Assembly (NCBI GenBank): GCA_044359535.1 | Contig: JBIKLZ010000002.1 | Location: forward strand, 42,479-106,478 | Direction of reading: 5' to 3' | DNA: 64,000 bases | Source of the DNA: Chlamydiia bacterium | GTDB lineage: Bacteria > Chlamydiota > Chlamydiia > Chlamydiales > 2-12-FULL-49-11 | Shown: piece after piece, positions 28,891 through 39,179 of the stretch | Layout: each line of letters begins with the position of its first letter | Position numbering within the stretch: the stretch's first letter is position 1 | Notes under the pieces: model-generated | Seen by the model: the letters and a program-made list of their open reading frames with translations, nothing else | What the model was told of the DNA's origin: nothing | Database searches by the model: none | Program-made: the position numbers and the translations under genes

Positions 28891-29629
28891 AGCAAATTTG
28901 TTAGCAAAAAAATTCTTAGCCCTTAAAAATAAAGAGACTCAAAAACCTTCTGAACACACTGTTATCCCTCACAATAGCTTTCGTGCAATGTTTGATCCTC
29001 ATGAATTAGCCGATAGTGAAATTAAGAATTTAAAAGTGATCTTTGAAAAAAGTGCCACTTTATCCCCCTCTCAACATCAATTTGAGAGTGATTTTTCTCA
29101 ATTGGTACAAATTACATCAGAGTTAAAAGCCATTCAGAAACAGGCTGTTATTTTAGTTGGAGAAAGAATTTGTGCTGTCCGTGACATTTTTAAACGACAT
29201 GGGGGAGAGGGTCTTGGATTTACTGCATGGCTATCTCTTGCCTTTAATGCAAAAAAGACAGCCTACAATGCTATGGCCTATTATGAATTGTACTCTGCCC
29301 TCCCTACAGACGACTTAAAGCTTAAAATGAAACAAATGCCGGTAAAAGTAAGTTATGTTCTTGCCTCTCGATCAGCTCCGGAACCGATAAAATTTTCCAT
29401 TATTGATTCTTATCAGGGGGAGAAACAAAGGGAGATGCTTGATCGTATTGAAGAACATATCCCTATTTTAGGGGATAAACGCTCTTTAAGGACCCTTGGG
29501 GAAAAAGCTGTCGATGATTTAGAAAGGATTATCGATACATTAATGAGGAGAAAAAAACATATTCATGAAAATGAAAAGTCCCGCATTGATGAGGTGTTAC
29601 ATAAGCTACAAGATTTACTTAGGATCTAA
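28883..29629 (+). CDS. pGP6-D family protein (CT583-like)
   Basis: AIQKQAVILVGERI, FTAWL, AYNAMAYYELY, YVLASR; coupled to parA. Confidence 0.88.
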   Translation: MSKANLLAKKFLALKNKETQKPSEHTVIPHNSFRAMFDPHELADSEIKNLKVIFEKSATLSPSQHQFESDFSQLVQITSELKAIQKQAVILVGERICAVRDIFKRHGGEGLGFTAWLSLAFNAKKTAYNAMAYYELYSALPTDDLKLKMKQMPVKVSYVLASRSAPEPIKFSIIDSYQGEKQREMLDRIEEHIPILGDKRSLRTLGEKAVDDLERIIDTLMRRKKHIHENEKSRIDEVLHKLQDLLRI

Positions 29630-30076
29630 CAATTTAAGCAATTGTTCCGCTTGATGAAGGTGTTGTTCAACCGTATTAAGGTTCTCTAATTTTTTTTCCG
29701 AATAGATATAGCAAAAGCGCTTAATTTGAAGAAGAGATTGCTGTATTAATTCTACCCAGAAATAGGATGTTGGAAATTGATTTTTGTATTTTGAAAAAAA
29801 GGCCGTTGTTATCTCTTTTTTTTCTTCAGAGGAAAGGGTTTTTTCTCCCTCTTCTATTTTTTTTACATATCCACGTAACTGAGAAAAATTTCTGTCATCT
29901 TCTATAGAATATTGAGTGGTGCAGATTATCTGTAGCTTTGAAAAAATATCTCTGATGTGAGGGGTAAGATGTGAGTAATTAAACATTTCTTCAAGAAAAT
30001 AGGTGACTGATTCAACAGAAACATAAAGAAGGATTCTGGAGTTATCGGCTTGCTCATACCAGCTTCTTAAATTCAT
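29615..30076 (-). CDS. Hypothetical protein
   Basis: ORF with AGGAG SD before MNLRSW; no recognisable motif. Confidence 0.5.
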   Translation of the reverse strand: MNLRSWYEQADNSRILLYVSVESVTYFLEEMFNYSHLTPHIRDIFSKLQIICTTQYSIEDDRNFSQLRGYVKKIEEGEKTLSSEEKKEITTAFFSKYKNQFPTSYFWVELIQQSLLQIKRFCYIYSEKKLENLNTVEQHLHQAEQLLKLLDPK

Positions 30077-30182
30077 TATGGTTCTCCTTAAACTCAAAGA
30101 GTATAGTCTAAGAGGGCTTTTATGTCATTAAAACAGCAATTTTTTTGAGCAAAGCGAAATACAAAAGAGGTCTATTTTACAT

Positions 30183-32258
30183 CTAGAGGGCTTGAATTGC
30201 TGTGATTGCAATTGTGTAAATAATGTCCTCTACAGTTGCCCCTCGAGATAGATCATTAACCGGTTTTTTTAAACCTTGGAGGATAGGACCAATGGATAAG
30301 ACCCCAGCACTTCTTTGTACCGCTTTATAGGTGGTGTTTGCTGTGTTTAAATCGGGAAAAATAAAGACCGAGGCTTTACCCGCTACAGGGCTATCAGGGG
30401 CTTTTTTCTTTGCTATTTCAGGGACTTTTGCCGCATCGTATTGAAGCGGTCCATCACAAATAAGCTCTTTAGAGCGGCTACGGACAATTTCTGTCGCTTC
30501 TTTTACTTTTTCTACCTCTTTTCCAAATCCTGAGGTAAGGGTGCTGTAGCTAATCATTGCAACAATAGGATCAATATCAAAGGCTTTAGCTGTTGCAGCA
30601 CTTTGAATGGCAATATCGGCAAGGCCTTGAGCTGTGGGGTTTTGATTTACAGCGCAATCCCCATAGACTAAAATTTCAGAGGGCATACACATAAAAAACA
30701 CAGAAGAGACAAGATTTACCCCCTCTTTTGTCCCAAGAATTTTTAAGGCAGGGGATAAGACATGTGCTGTGGTGGTGGTTGCCCCGGCAACAAGACCATC
30801 GACTTCACCATTAAAAAGCATCATCATACCCACAACGATGGGGTCAGTAAGGTAATCAATAGCATTTTTTTCGGTAAGCCCTTTGTGTTTGCGAATTTCT
30901 AAAAGGGGCTGAACATAGTTTGGAGCCATTGTCTTTGGGTCAATAATTTCGATTTCAGGTGATAGTTTTATCCCATTATTTTCTGCAATTGTTTCAACGC
31001 GCTTTTTATCCCCAAGAAGAAGGATATGAGCGATCCCTTTTTTCATACAAAAATCTGCGGCTTGTAAAATGCGGATATCCTCACTTTCTGGAAGGAGGAT
31101 TCTTTTTTTCCCTTTTTGTGCTTTTGTCATTAAACGGTAACGAAAAGCGGCAGGGGATAGGGTGTACCCTTCATAGTTGTTCCTAAAAGAGATAAAAAAT
31201 TGGGGATCTATTTTTGAAGCGATGTAATTATTTACTCGATCGCGATGGATGGGATCCTCTTTGATGGATAAGGTGTTTAGATTCTGTAGATTAATCGCTG
31301 TTCTCAAACTGTCAGTTTTTACAAGTAAAATAGGAAATCCTGAAGCGATAGCTTGTTGACAAATACGAACTGTCTCTTTAGAAGGAAGGTGCCCTCCAGT
31401 AAGGACAATTCCGGCTAGATCAATCCCACTTAAAAATGCAAGGCACGCAGCAATTAATATATCCTCACGATCACCAGAGGTAAGGATCAAGGCTCGAGAT
31501 TTAAGAAGGCTTGTCACATTTTGGATATTTGCAGCAGCTAAGGCAAAGTGGAGAATAGGTCCATCTTTAAATTCTTCTGGGTTTAAGAGTTCAGCAGAAA
31601 GGTGGGTTTTTATCCCGGAAACACTTGTCCCCATTAAAGAGCGTTTCCAAGGGATGGTTGCAAGGATTGGTATTTTAGATTTTTCTATCACCTCTTTAGA
31701 AATATCGATCTCTTCTGGGGGGTCAAATAAATCGATCCGGGTATTTCCTTGACGATCTGTTGGGGCTCCAATTTTATTAATGATACACCCTAAAAGTTTA
31801 GGGTTTTTATTTCCCCCAAAATTTGCGGCCTCAATTTCTATGGTTTCAATAACTGAAGGGATCGATTTCCCCATTGGAGAGGCTACTAAAACAATATCGG
31901 CAGATAGACATAAAGCTATAGAATGGTTGAGCTTTGTTGCATAGTTTTGGGCAGAAGTAAGAGCAAGCCCTTCAATAACAAGAACGTCACATTCTTTATT
32001 ATAATGGTCTGTAAATCGAAGGATGAATTCTAAAATCTGCTCTTCTTCCCCATTGCTTAATAGATGCTGAATAAGATCTGAGGATAAGGGGGCAGTATAA
32101 CTGGTGATTTCTAAAGAAGGGCCTTTATTTTCATGGGAAAAGGGTTGAAGTAATAGGGTCTTTAAACCGTGTTTTTCTAAAGCTCTGACAAATCCGTGGG
32201 TCACAGTATATAAACCTGTCCCCATATTAATGGGGGCAAGTAGTACGGTTTTTTTCAT
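30183..32258 (-). CDS. pta: Phosphate acetyltransferase, long form (BioD-like + DRTGG + PTA domains)
   Basis: TSGDREDI, RILLPES, YGDCAVN, DGPLQYDAA, FPDLNTANTTYKAVQRS, PVNDLSRGA. Confidence 0.96.
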   Translation of the reverse strand: MKKTVLLAPINMGTGLYTVTHGFVRALEKHGLKTLLLQPFSHENKGPSLEITSYTAPLSSDLIQHLLSNGEEEQILEFILRFTDHYNKECDVLVIEGLALTSAQNYATKLNHSIALCLSADIVLVASPMGKSIPSVIETIEIEAANFGGNKNPKLLGCIINKIGAPTDRQGNTRIDLFDPPEEIDISKEVIEKSKIPILATIPWKRSLMGTSVSGIKTHLSAELLNPEEFKDGPILHFALAAANIQNVTSLLKSRALILTSGDREDILIAACLAFLSGIDLAGIVLTGGHLPSKETVRICQQAIASGFPILLVKTDSLRTAINLQNLNTLSIKEDPIHRDRVNNYIASKIDPQFFISFRNNYEGYTLSPAAFRYRLMTKAQKGKKRILLPESEDIRILQAADFCMKKGIAHILLLGDKKRVETIAENNGIKLSPEIEIIDPKTMAPNYVQPLLEIRKHKGLTEKNAIDYLTDPIVVGMMMLFNGEVDGLVAGATTTTAHVLSPALKILGTKEGVNLVSSVFFMCMPSEILVYGDCAVNQNPTAQGLADIAIQSAATAKAFDIDPIVAMISYSTLTSGFGKEVEKVKEATEIVRSRSKELICDGPLQYDAAKVPEIAKKKAPDSPVAGKASVFIFPDLNTANTTYKAVQRSAGVLSIGPILQGLKKPVNDLSRGATVEDIIYTIAITAIQAL

Positions 32259-33412
32259 TTTTTCTCCCTCAAAGCAAAGGCATCTTGGGCTATTAAAAGC
32301 TCTTCATTGGTGGGAATAATTGCTACAATGGTTTTTCCCCCTTGTGAAATAACGGCTCTAGTTCCCCTCTGATGGACAGTGTTTAGATGTTCATCAATTT
32401 CTATATCAGGTAAAAGGGCAACGATTTTTGATCGAACAAGGGATGAATTTTCACCAATCCCTCCAGTAAAAATCAAGCCATCCATCCCCCCTAGAGGGAC
32501 TAAGTAGGAGGCTATATATTTAGCCACATGGTAACAAAACATTTCTATAGCTAAAAGAGCTAAAGGGTCCCCCATAAGAGCCTTTTCTTCAAGGGTTCTC
32601 ATATCTGAAGAAATTCCAGAAATCCCTAGTAAACCACTTTTTTTGTTTAAAATGGTGAGCACCTCCTCAGAAGTGATCGATAATTCATCAGATAAAAATA
32701 AGACGATGCTTGGATCAATATCCCCACACCTTGTCCCCATCATCAACCCCTCAAGGGGGGTAAAACCCATACTTGTGTCAACACTTTTACCCCCTTTAAC
32801 AGCACAGACACTGCAGCCATTTCCAAGATGGGCAATAACTAAGCGCTCATGGGGAGAAAAAAGGGTTTTGGCAGCATGGGATACAAACCTATGGGAGGTT
32901 CCATGAAATCCATACTTCCGTATTTGGTGTTTTTTATAGTATTCAAAGGGCAAAGGATACAAAAAGGCTTTTTTTGGAAGGGACATGTGAAAGGAGGTGT
33001 CAAACACAGCAATATTGGGAAGATGTGGAATTAAAGTGTGAAACATTTCAATGCCAAAGGCATTTACAGGATTATGAAGTGGGGCTAAATGGCTATATTT
33101 ACGAATTTTAGAAAGAACCTCATCATCTACCACAACCGAGGATGTAAATTCTTGGCCTCCATGGACAACGCGGTGACCTATGGCACAGAGCTCCTCTTCG
33201 TAGGGTTTAATCATTTCTACCACCCTTTCTAAAACTTGAGAATAATTTTCTGAAGGGATCTGCATTTTTTTCTTTCCCACAGAAAAAGTACAGGATACAG
33301 ATCCAATGTTTTCGGATTGTCCCTTAAAATAAAGCTCTTGAGTTAAAGGATCCATTAGGCAAAATTTAACAGAACTGCTACCGCAATTTAAAACAAAGAC
33401 AAGGTTTCCCAT
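32255..33412 (-). CDS. ackA: Acetate kinase
   Basis: VLNCGSSSVK, GHRVVHGG, APLHN, YGFHGTSH, HLGNGCS, FTGGIGENS, TNEE. Confidence 0.97.
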   Translation of the reverse strand: MGNLVFVLNCGSSSVKFCLMDPLTQELYFKGQSENIGSVSCTFSVGKKKMQIPSENYSQVLERVVEMIKPYEEELCAIGHRVVHGGQEFTSSVVVDDEVLSKIRKYSHLAPLHNPVNAFGIEMFHTLIPHLPNIAVFDTSFHMSLPKKAFLYPLPFEYYKKHQIRKYGFHGTSHRFVSHAAKTLFSPHERLVIAHLGNGCSVCAVKGGKSVDTSMGFTPLEGLMMGTRCGDIDPSIVLFLSDELSITSEEVLTILNKKSGLLGISGISSDMRTLEEKALMGDPLALLAIEMFCYHVAKYIASYLVPLGGMDGLIFTGGIGENSSLVRSKIVALLPDIEIDEHLNTVHQRGTRAVISQGGKTIVAIIPTNEELLIAQDAFALREKK

Positions 33413-33462
33413 AGTTCTTAAATGAGCCAATTGTTTCTTTTAAATAAAGGAAAAAATTTTTT

Positions 33463-34794
33463 TTAGGGGAGGAGTTCTTTGAAAAGAGGGACTCTCATGT
33501 TGTCGTATTGAGAATTTTTATCATAATCGGCCCCATCCCCGCGAGCCTTTTTTATCCACTCTGCTTTATAAATAGCCCCATCAAAAAGAAGGAGTGTTCC
33601 TAAAGAAATAATAGATCCAATGACGTAGAGAATTTTTGCAACAGTAGCCAATCGTTTATTTTTTACATCAGTTTCTCTCCAAATGGACCACACCCTTTCA
33701 TTGTTTACAGGGGAAAAACTTCGTGGGATCATAAGTCTTAAACTCACCCCTTTTTGGGTGTTATCGACAAACGCATCGACAGCGACAGATCTAGCAAGAC
33801 TTAAAGCGGTTGCAACGCCACTTATCCCGACAGAAATAGCTGTTGCTGATAAAAGAGGTAAAAGCTTTACAGACACAATAAGAGATAAAGATGCAGCAGC
33901 AATGACACCTAGAGATAAAATATGGACTTTTAGCACTTTATAGGTCTGCCTATCGACCATTTTTAAAAGAGATTTACCTTGGGTTGTGAGTGTATCAAGG
34001 TCCGCTTCGGTCATGCCCTTAATGTCGTTGAGTGTAATATGAGATATATTTGTGACTCTATCGGCAAAAGTTTTGGCTGCAAAGGCCCCAATTCTTTGGC
34101 CTAAAACCTCTGGATGGGGAGCTTTTTCTGCAACATAATTTTTATATAAGGTATCAAGCTTCTTGTAGGTGAGGATCGCTTGAGCTTTTTTAAGAGCGCC
34201 CCCAAGATTCGTAGTGGCAGTCATAAGATCATCAAGTGCTTCTTTACCAAGATGCTTTGTTAAAATCGCATTATTTTTTTTAAGAGTTGCTATAATATGC
34301 TCCTTACTTTGTCCTGTAAGGTTATCTAAAATCTCAATTCTTTTTAAAACCGTTCCCACCTCTTCTTTATTCATGAATCGTTCAGATTGAATAATCATGA
34401 GAATCGATCGGATGAGCTCTAAGGATAAGTAGATTGTACTGCACACAGCAAAAAGAAGAGCGCATGTAGCTAAAGCTACGGGGGTCATCACTACCCCTAT
34501 GGAGATAGTAAGAACTTTTGCGGCAGCAGATAGTAAAGACACTGCAGAAGTAAACCCAATAAGAAGCTTCATGGGCGTTTTTATAATATCATGGACGATT
34601 AAAACTTTTGCGTCGATTGTACCTGTAGCAAACACTTTTCCAATTTTTTTAATTAATTGAGGAATGGCTGTTAAGGATAAAATAAGCCCAGCAACCCCTG
34701 TAGTTTGGCCACTTTCTGGGGGGATATGTTGAATGTCAGGGGAAAAACCAATTTCGGGTAAGGGGGTAGGGGGGGGATTAGCTGGAGAACTCAT
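33463..34794 (-). CDS. Hypothetical protein with long bilobed hydrophobic segments (Inc/T3S-substrate-like)
   Basis: Ser/Pro-rich N-terminus, no signal peptide, two long hydrophobic blocks plus a C-terminal TM. Confidence 0.55.
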   Translation of the reverse strand: MSSPANPPPTPLPEIGFSPDIQHIPPESGQTTGVAGLILSLTAIPQLIKKIGKVFATGTIDAKVLIVHDIIKTPMKLLIGFTSAVSLLSAAAKVLTISIGVVMTPVALATCALLFAVCSTIYLSLELIRSILMIIQSERFMNKEEVGTVLKRIEILDNLTGQSKEHIIATLKKNNAILTKHLGKEALDDLMTATTNLGGALKKAQAILTYKKLDTLYKNYVAEKAPHPEVLGQRIGAFAAKTFADRVTNISHITLNDIKGMTEADLDTLTTQGKSLLKMVDRQTYKVLKVHILSLGVIAAASLSLIVSVKLLPLLSATAISVGISGVATALSLARSVAVDAFVDNTQKGVSLRLMIPRSFSPVNNERVWSIWRETDVKNKRLATVAKILYVIGSIISLGTLLLFDGAIYKAEWIKKARGDGADYDKNSQYDNMRVPLFKELLP

Positions 34795-34847
34795 ATTTAA
34801 CCTATATTATCTTTAATTATAACACAATTTAATAAAAATGTAATTAA

Positions 34848-35393
34848 TTATTCTAAATCTCCTTTAAGATCAAGGGGTTCATTGGTAAGGGTAATCTTTT
34901 TATAAGAAACCACCTCTTCAAGGAGAACCGATTTAAGGGGCAAAAGCTCTTCAAGCAATGCTCTAACACTTTCAGTATAAAGAAATAATCTTTTATAGAG
35001 ATTTCTTGAGGGAAGGCTATCCCCCCCTTCTTTAAAGGTCTTGATCAATGCTGAGATATCTATAATATTTTTTTTCAGGGCAAAAGATGTGAGGAGCAAC
35101 GCTTTAAGATGAAGTAAGTGAGTAAACTCTGATTGACATTTTTCAATTTCTGAAAGTATTAACAAAGAACAAGTTACATCTTTATACAGGTCGATAATGA
35201 TCTCTAAAGGGGCACATGGATTGAAAGAGTTTTGGACTAAAAAGTAAAAACCAGAGGTTTTTGAAGGGACATTTTTTGCAGGTTTTGATTGAAGGGAGTA
35301 CAAATGGGCATAAATGGGTTCGATAGTAGAAGCAATCGGGGTGATTGCTTCGAAAAGTTCATGAAATAATTCAATATGGGGTATTTCTACCAA
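34848..35393 (-). CDS. Hypothetical protein
   Basis: 181-aa ORF with AGGAGG SD upstream; no recognisable motif. Confidence 0.5.
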   Translation of the reverse strand: MVEIPHIELFHELFEAITPIASTIEPIYAHLYSLQSKPAKNVPSKTSGFYFLVQNSFNPCAPLEIIIDLYKDVTCSLLILSEIEKCQSEFTHLLHLKALLLTSFALKKNIIDISALIKTFKEGGDSLPSRNLYKRLFLYTESVRALLEELLPLKSVLLEEVVSYKKITLTNEPLDLKGDLE

Positions 35394-35511
35394 GAAGGCC
35401 TCCTTTTTCCCTTAACATGGAAAAAAAATTGGGTTATTCGCAAGGGTTTTTATAAATAAATAGTGAATTATAGAGAAAATTTGATATAGAGGGGTTTTAT
35501 AGGAGTGTACT

Positions 35512-38067
35512 TTGGCCGATGTAGATATAGAAAGAGAAGTCAGAATAATGGTGCAAAAAGTTAAGCATTACATTATTGCGAATATGGGAAAGACAATGGT
35601 GGATGCCACCGATGAAGAGGTCTATAGGGCTTTGGCCTATGTATTAAGAGAGCAAGTGATGGTTCACTGGGCAGCAACGCTTCGCACTTTTAATAAGAAA
35701 AAGGTAAGAAAAGTCTATTATTTATCTTTAGAGTGGCTCCCTGGAAGAATTTCTGTGAATAATATTATCAATATATCCAATGTAGATCTAGTGCAAAAGG
35801 TTTTAAAAGCCTTAGGAAGAGACTTTCAGACAATCCTTTCTACTGAGCCGGAGCCTGGATTGGGGAATGGAGGGTTAGGGCGTCTTGCAGCCTGTTTTTT
35901 AGATTCACTAGCAACCCATCATTACCCTGTGATGGGATTTGGGTTAAGATATCAATATGGAATTTTTGAACAAGCATTGTGGGCGGGGGTTCAAATTGAA
36001 AGAAGTGATGGCTGGCTTTTAAATGAATATCCTTGGGAATTGCGAAGGGATAACTATGCAGTTACAGTCCCTTACTATGGATCTTTGATAGAAAAGAAAA
36101 ATAAACATGATGAAGTGATCCACGGGGTTGTCAATTCAAATGAGGTTAGAGCTATCCCTTTTGATATCCCTATTGTTGGATACGGGGGAGGTACAGAGTA
36201 TAGCGCCTTAACCTTGCGCTTATGGACAACAAAAGAATCCCCAAAAAATTTTGCCATCACAAGTTTTAACGATGGAAATATTGCAGATGCAGTGATTAAT
36301 ACCTCCCTTACCGATGTTCTTTATCCAAATGATAAAAACATGCTTGGATTTATCATGAGGATTAAACAAGAATTCTTGCTTGTTTCAGCCTCGTTACAAA
36401 ATATCATTAAGCAGCATTTAGAAGTCTATGGCACTATGGAGGCATTTCATGATAAAGTGCGCATTCAAATCAACGATACTCATCCAGCATTTGTCATTGC
36501 AGAGTTAACTAGGATTTTGACAAAGGATTATGAATATAGATTTGAAAAGGCTTTTGAGATTGTTCAGGAGGTCTGTAGTTACACCAACCACACTGTCCTT
36601 CGAGAGTCTTTAGAAGAGTGGGATGCCTACCGAATTAAGGAAATTTTGCCCGCACAATATCAGATGATAGAAAGGATCAATTTCATGTTTTGCAATCAAA
36701 TGAGAGAAATCTATCCGGGGGATGAGGCAAAGGTTTCTTGGATGTCTATTATTGAGAATGGGAGGATCAAAATGGCAAACCTTGCTATTGTCGGTTCTCA
36801 TACCGTTAATGGGGTTGCTGCCCTTCACACAGAGATTATCAAAACAAAGCTCTTTGCAGATTTTTCAATGACAACTCCGAATAAATTCATCAATGTGACA
36901 AATGGAGTTACCCAAAGAAGGTGGCTTTATAAATGCAATCCGGCTCTTTCAGAGTTTCTTATTGGGCTTATTGGAGATGCGTGGATTAAAGATCTTAAAG
37001 AGATTGAAAAGCTAAAAGGCCACATTGAGAAAGAAAGTGTATGGAAGGGTTTTTTAGAAATTAAGAAGGGTAACAAGCGACGGTGTCTTGAAAATCTCCT
37101 AAAATTTAAACGGGATAAAGGGATGAGCGAAGAGGAGATTCAAAAAGAGCTATTTTTTGATACTGATGCCCTTTTTGATGTTCAAATTAAAAGGATTCAT
37201 GAATATAAAAGGCAACTAATGAATGCCTTACACATTTTAATCCTTTACAGAAGGATTAAAAAAGATCCAAAAGAGGCCCTTGTAAAAAGAAAGGTGATTA
37301 TTGGGGGAAAAGCGGCTCCTGGGTATGAGATGGCGAAAAATATTATCCGTTTTATTTATATCCTTTCAAGAAAAATTCATGATGACCCTGTTGTTTCACA
37401 ACATTTAAGGGTAGTTTATGTCGAAAATTATAACGTTGCAAAAGCAGAGGTGATTATCCCTGCAGCAGATATTTCAGAGCAAATTTCAACCGCATCGATG
37501 GAGGCCTCTGGAACAAGCAATATGAAATTAAGTCTAAATGGGGCCCTTACTATGGGGACAGATGATGGAGCCAATGTCGAAATGAGAAAGGCTGTAGGAG
37601 ATGAGAATTGGCCCTTTTTATTTGGCCTGAGTGCAGATCAAGTAAATAGACTTAAGCAAGAAAATAACTACAATCCACAAAAAGTTTTAGACGATCATCC
37701 AGAAATTGCTGAAGCAATCGCCGCTTTAAAAGATGGTTCTTTGGTCGATAACGATGCAGAAGGGGGGGTACTGCTTGCAATTTATAATAGTTTACTTGTC
37801 AATCAAGATAGGGATCGGTACCTTGTTTTAGCAGACCTTCCCGATTATTTGCGGGCTCAAAGAAAAGCTGAAAGGCTTTTCCTTGATAAAGAAAAATGGG
37901 CAAAAATGGCGTTATTTAATATGGCCTGTATGGGGAGCTTTTCATCCGATGAATCGGTAAAAAATTATGCAAATAAGATTTGGAAAATTGAGCCTTGCCT
38001 TATTGACAAAGATGAATTAGAAAAAATTCATGCCGATTTTGAGGATGCTGACCGCTGTAATATTTAA
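35512..38067 (+). CDS. glgP: Glycogen/alpha-glucan phosphorylase
   Basis: GLGNGGLGRLAACFLDS, IQINDTHP, NGVTQRRW, KRIHEYKRQ, EASGTSNMK. Confidence 0.98.
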   Translation: MADVDIEREVRIMVQKVKHYIIANMGKTMVDATDEEVYRALAYVLREQVMVHWAATLRTFNKKKVRKVYYLSLEWLPGRISVNNIINISNVDLVQKVLKALGRDFQTILSTEPEPGLGNGGLGRLAACFLDSLATHHYPVMGFGLRYQYGIFEQALWAGVQIERSDGWLLNEYPWELRRDNYAVTVPYYGSLIEKKNKHDEVIHGVVNSNEVRAIPFDIPIVGYGGGTEYSALTLRLWTTKESPKNFAITSFNDGNIADAVINTSLTDVLYPNDKNMLGFIMRIKQEFLLVSASLQNIIKQHLEVYGTMEAFHDKVRIQINDTHPAFVIAELTRILTKDYEYRFEKAFEIVQEVCSYTNHTVLRESLEEWDAYRIKEILPAQYQMIERINFMFCNQMREIYPGDEAKVSWMSIIENGRIKMANLAIVGSHTVNGVAALHTEIIKTKLFADFSMTTPNKFINVTNGVTQRRWLYKCNPALSEFLIGLIGDAWIKDLKEIEKLKGHIEKESVWKGFLEIKKGNKRRCLENLLKFKRDKGMSEEEIQKELFFDTDALFDVQIKRIHEYKRQLMNALHILILYRRIKKDPKEALVKRKVIIGGKAAPGYEMAKNIIRFIYILSRKIHDDPVVSQHLRVVYVENYNVAKAEVIIPAADISEQISTASMEASGTSNMKLSLNGALTMGTDDGANVEMRKAVGDENWPFLFGLSADQVNRLKQENNYNPQKVLDDHPEIAEAIAALKDGSLVDNDAEGGVLLAIYNSLLVNQDRDRYLVLADLPDYLRAQRKAERLFLDKEKWAKMALFNMACMGSFSSDESVKNYANKIWKIEPCLIDKDELEKIHADFEDADRCNI

Positions 38068-38330
38068 ACTCTTTCGGTAGGGTTAGGAATTAAACAGCAC
38101 TCACAGCGACAGCAGGGAACAAAAGCATTTATACAATTAAAAAAAATAGTCGCTAATCGAGCATTCATTCTACTCCATAAAGAGGTTTGAGGTCCATCTA
38201 TGATCTGAATCACAACATGTTGTCTGCGTAGATTAACAGGATCAACATTTAAGTCGTCTGCGTTAATAATATTTGCCCTTATCTCAAGATTTTGTGTGGG
38301 TAGAGTAACATTTAGTTGTGTTTCGTTCAT
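38064..38330 (-). CDS. Small hypothetical protein with C-terminal cysteine cluster
   Basis: AGGAG SD before MNETQ; ends PCCRCECCLIPNPTERV. Confidence 0.45.
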   Translation of the reverse strand: MNETQLNVTLPTQNLEIRANIINADDLNVDPVNLRRQHVVIQIIDGPQTSLWSRMNARLATIFFNCINAFVPCCRCECCLIPNPTERV

Positions 38331-38412
38331 AAAATATCTCCTTTTATAAAGATTATAAAAAAGCAAGTTATTTAATTTCAATATAATTATCTATAATTTA
38401 TGATTTACTTTC

Positions 38413-39147
38413 TTAAAGAACAAGATCCCATTTTTCTAAAAGTTTTTGGTATAAGCCCTTCTTAATAAACTCACCAAGTCTTTTATTAAAAATTTCTTTA
38501 ACAGCATTGCATTGATTGTTTAGGGCAATGAGGTAAAGCCCTTGAGAGGTGAGCTCTTGAGGATCTATTTTTAAAAGTCTTTTGTAGTCAGGAGAAAAAT
38601 GAGAGGATAATGAAATAGAAGGGATCATTGCCCCATCAATGTTCATAAGGACAATATCTTCTAATACCTTTGGGATAGAATTGTAATAGGTAAGCAAAAT
38701 CATTGGATAGTTTGAAAAAAGAGAAAGGAGGGGGGGGTTATTTTCAATGGCAATTAATTTTCCGGTAAAATTTCTGTAGTCAGTGGATGAAGCTCCAACT
38801 CTTGTGACAAAGACTTCCCCAAGAGAGAGAAACCTCTCTGAAAAGTTAAAGGTATCGATGTTTTCGACAGTTTTAGAAAGGGAGGAGACAATAAAGTCCA
38901 CTTCACAAGCATTGATAGTGTCGGTCATATTGTCATAGGATAACTGTACATATTGGATAGAAAAGGGGGTGTTTTTAAAAAGCTCTTCAAGCAATTCATT
39001 TGTAAAGGCTAAGACTTGGGCTTGCTTATTGCCCACTTTACTCATTGTAAATGTAGGGTCAATTCCAATAGAGATATTTTTTTTTGGCGTTAAAGAAGAG
39101 CAGGCTATACACCCTAAAAAAAGGAGGAGAAAACGTTTTTTACCCAT
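38413..39147 (-). CDS. Amino-acid ABC transporter substrate-binding lipoprotein (family 3)
   Basis: Lipobox CIAC, IGIDPTF, FNFSERFL, GLYQKLLEKWDL; start moved to MGKKRF. Confidence 0.8.
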   Translation of the reverse strand: MGKKRFLLLFLGCIACSSLTPKKNISIGIDPTFTMSKVGNKQAQVLAFTNELLEELFKNTPFSIQYVQLSYDNMTDTINACEVDFIVSSLSKTVENIDTFNFSERFLSLGEVFVTRVGASSTDYRNFTGKLIAIENNPPLLSLFSNYPMILLTYYNSIPKVLEDIVLMNIDGAMIPSISLSSHFSPDYKRLLKIDPQELTSQGLYLIALNNQCNAVKEIFNKRLGEFIKKGLYQKLLEKWDLVL

Positions 39148-39179
39148 AAAAATAGATCTAACATCAAAAGGTGTAGATG

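Noticed and set aside
28093-29629. Integrated chlamydial plasmid
   Set aside because: Only the pGP5/pGP6-like pair is present and it is of the chromosomal type; no pGP1 helicase, pGP7/8 integrase or iteron repeats
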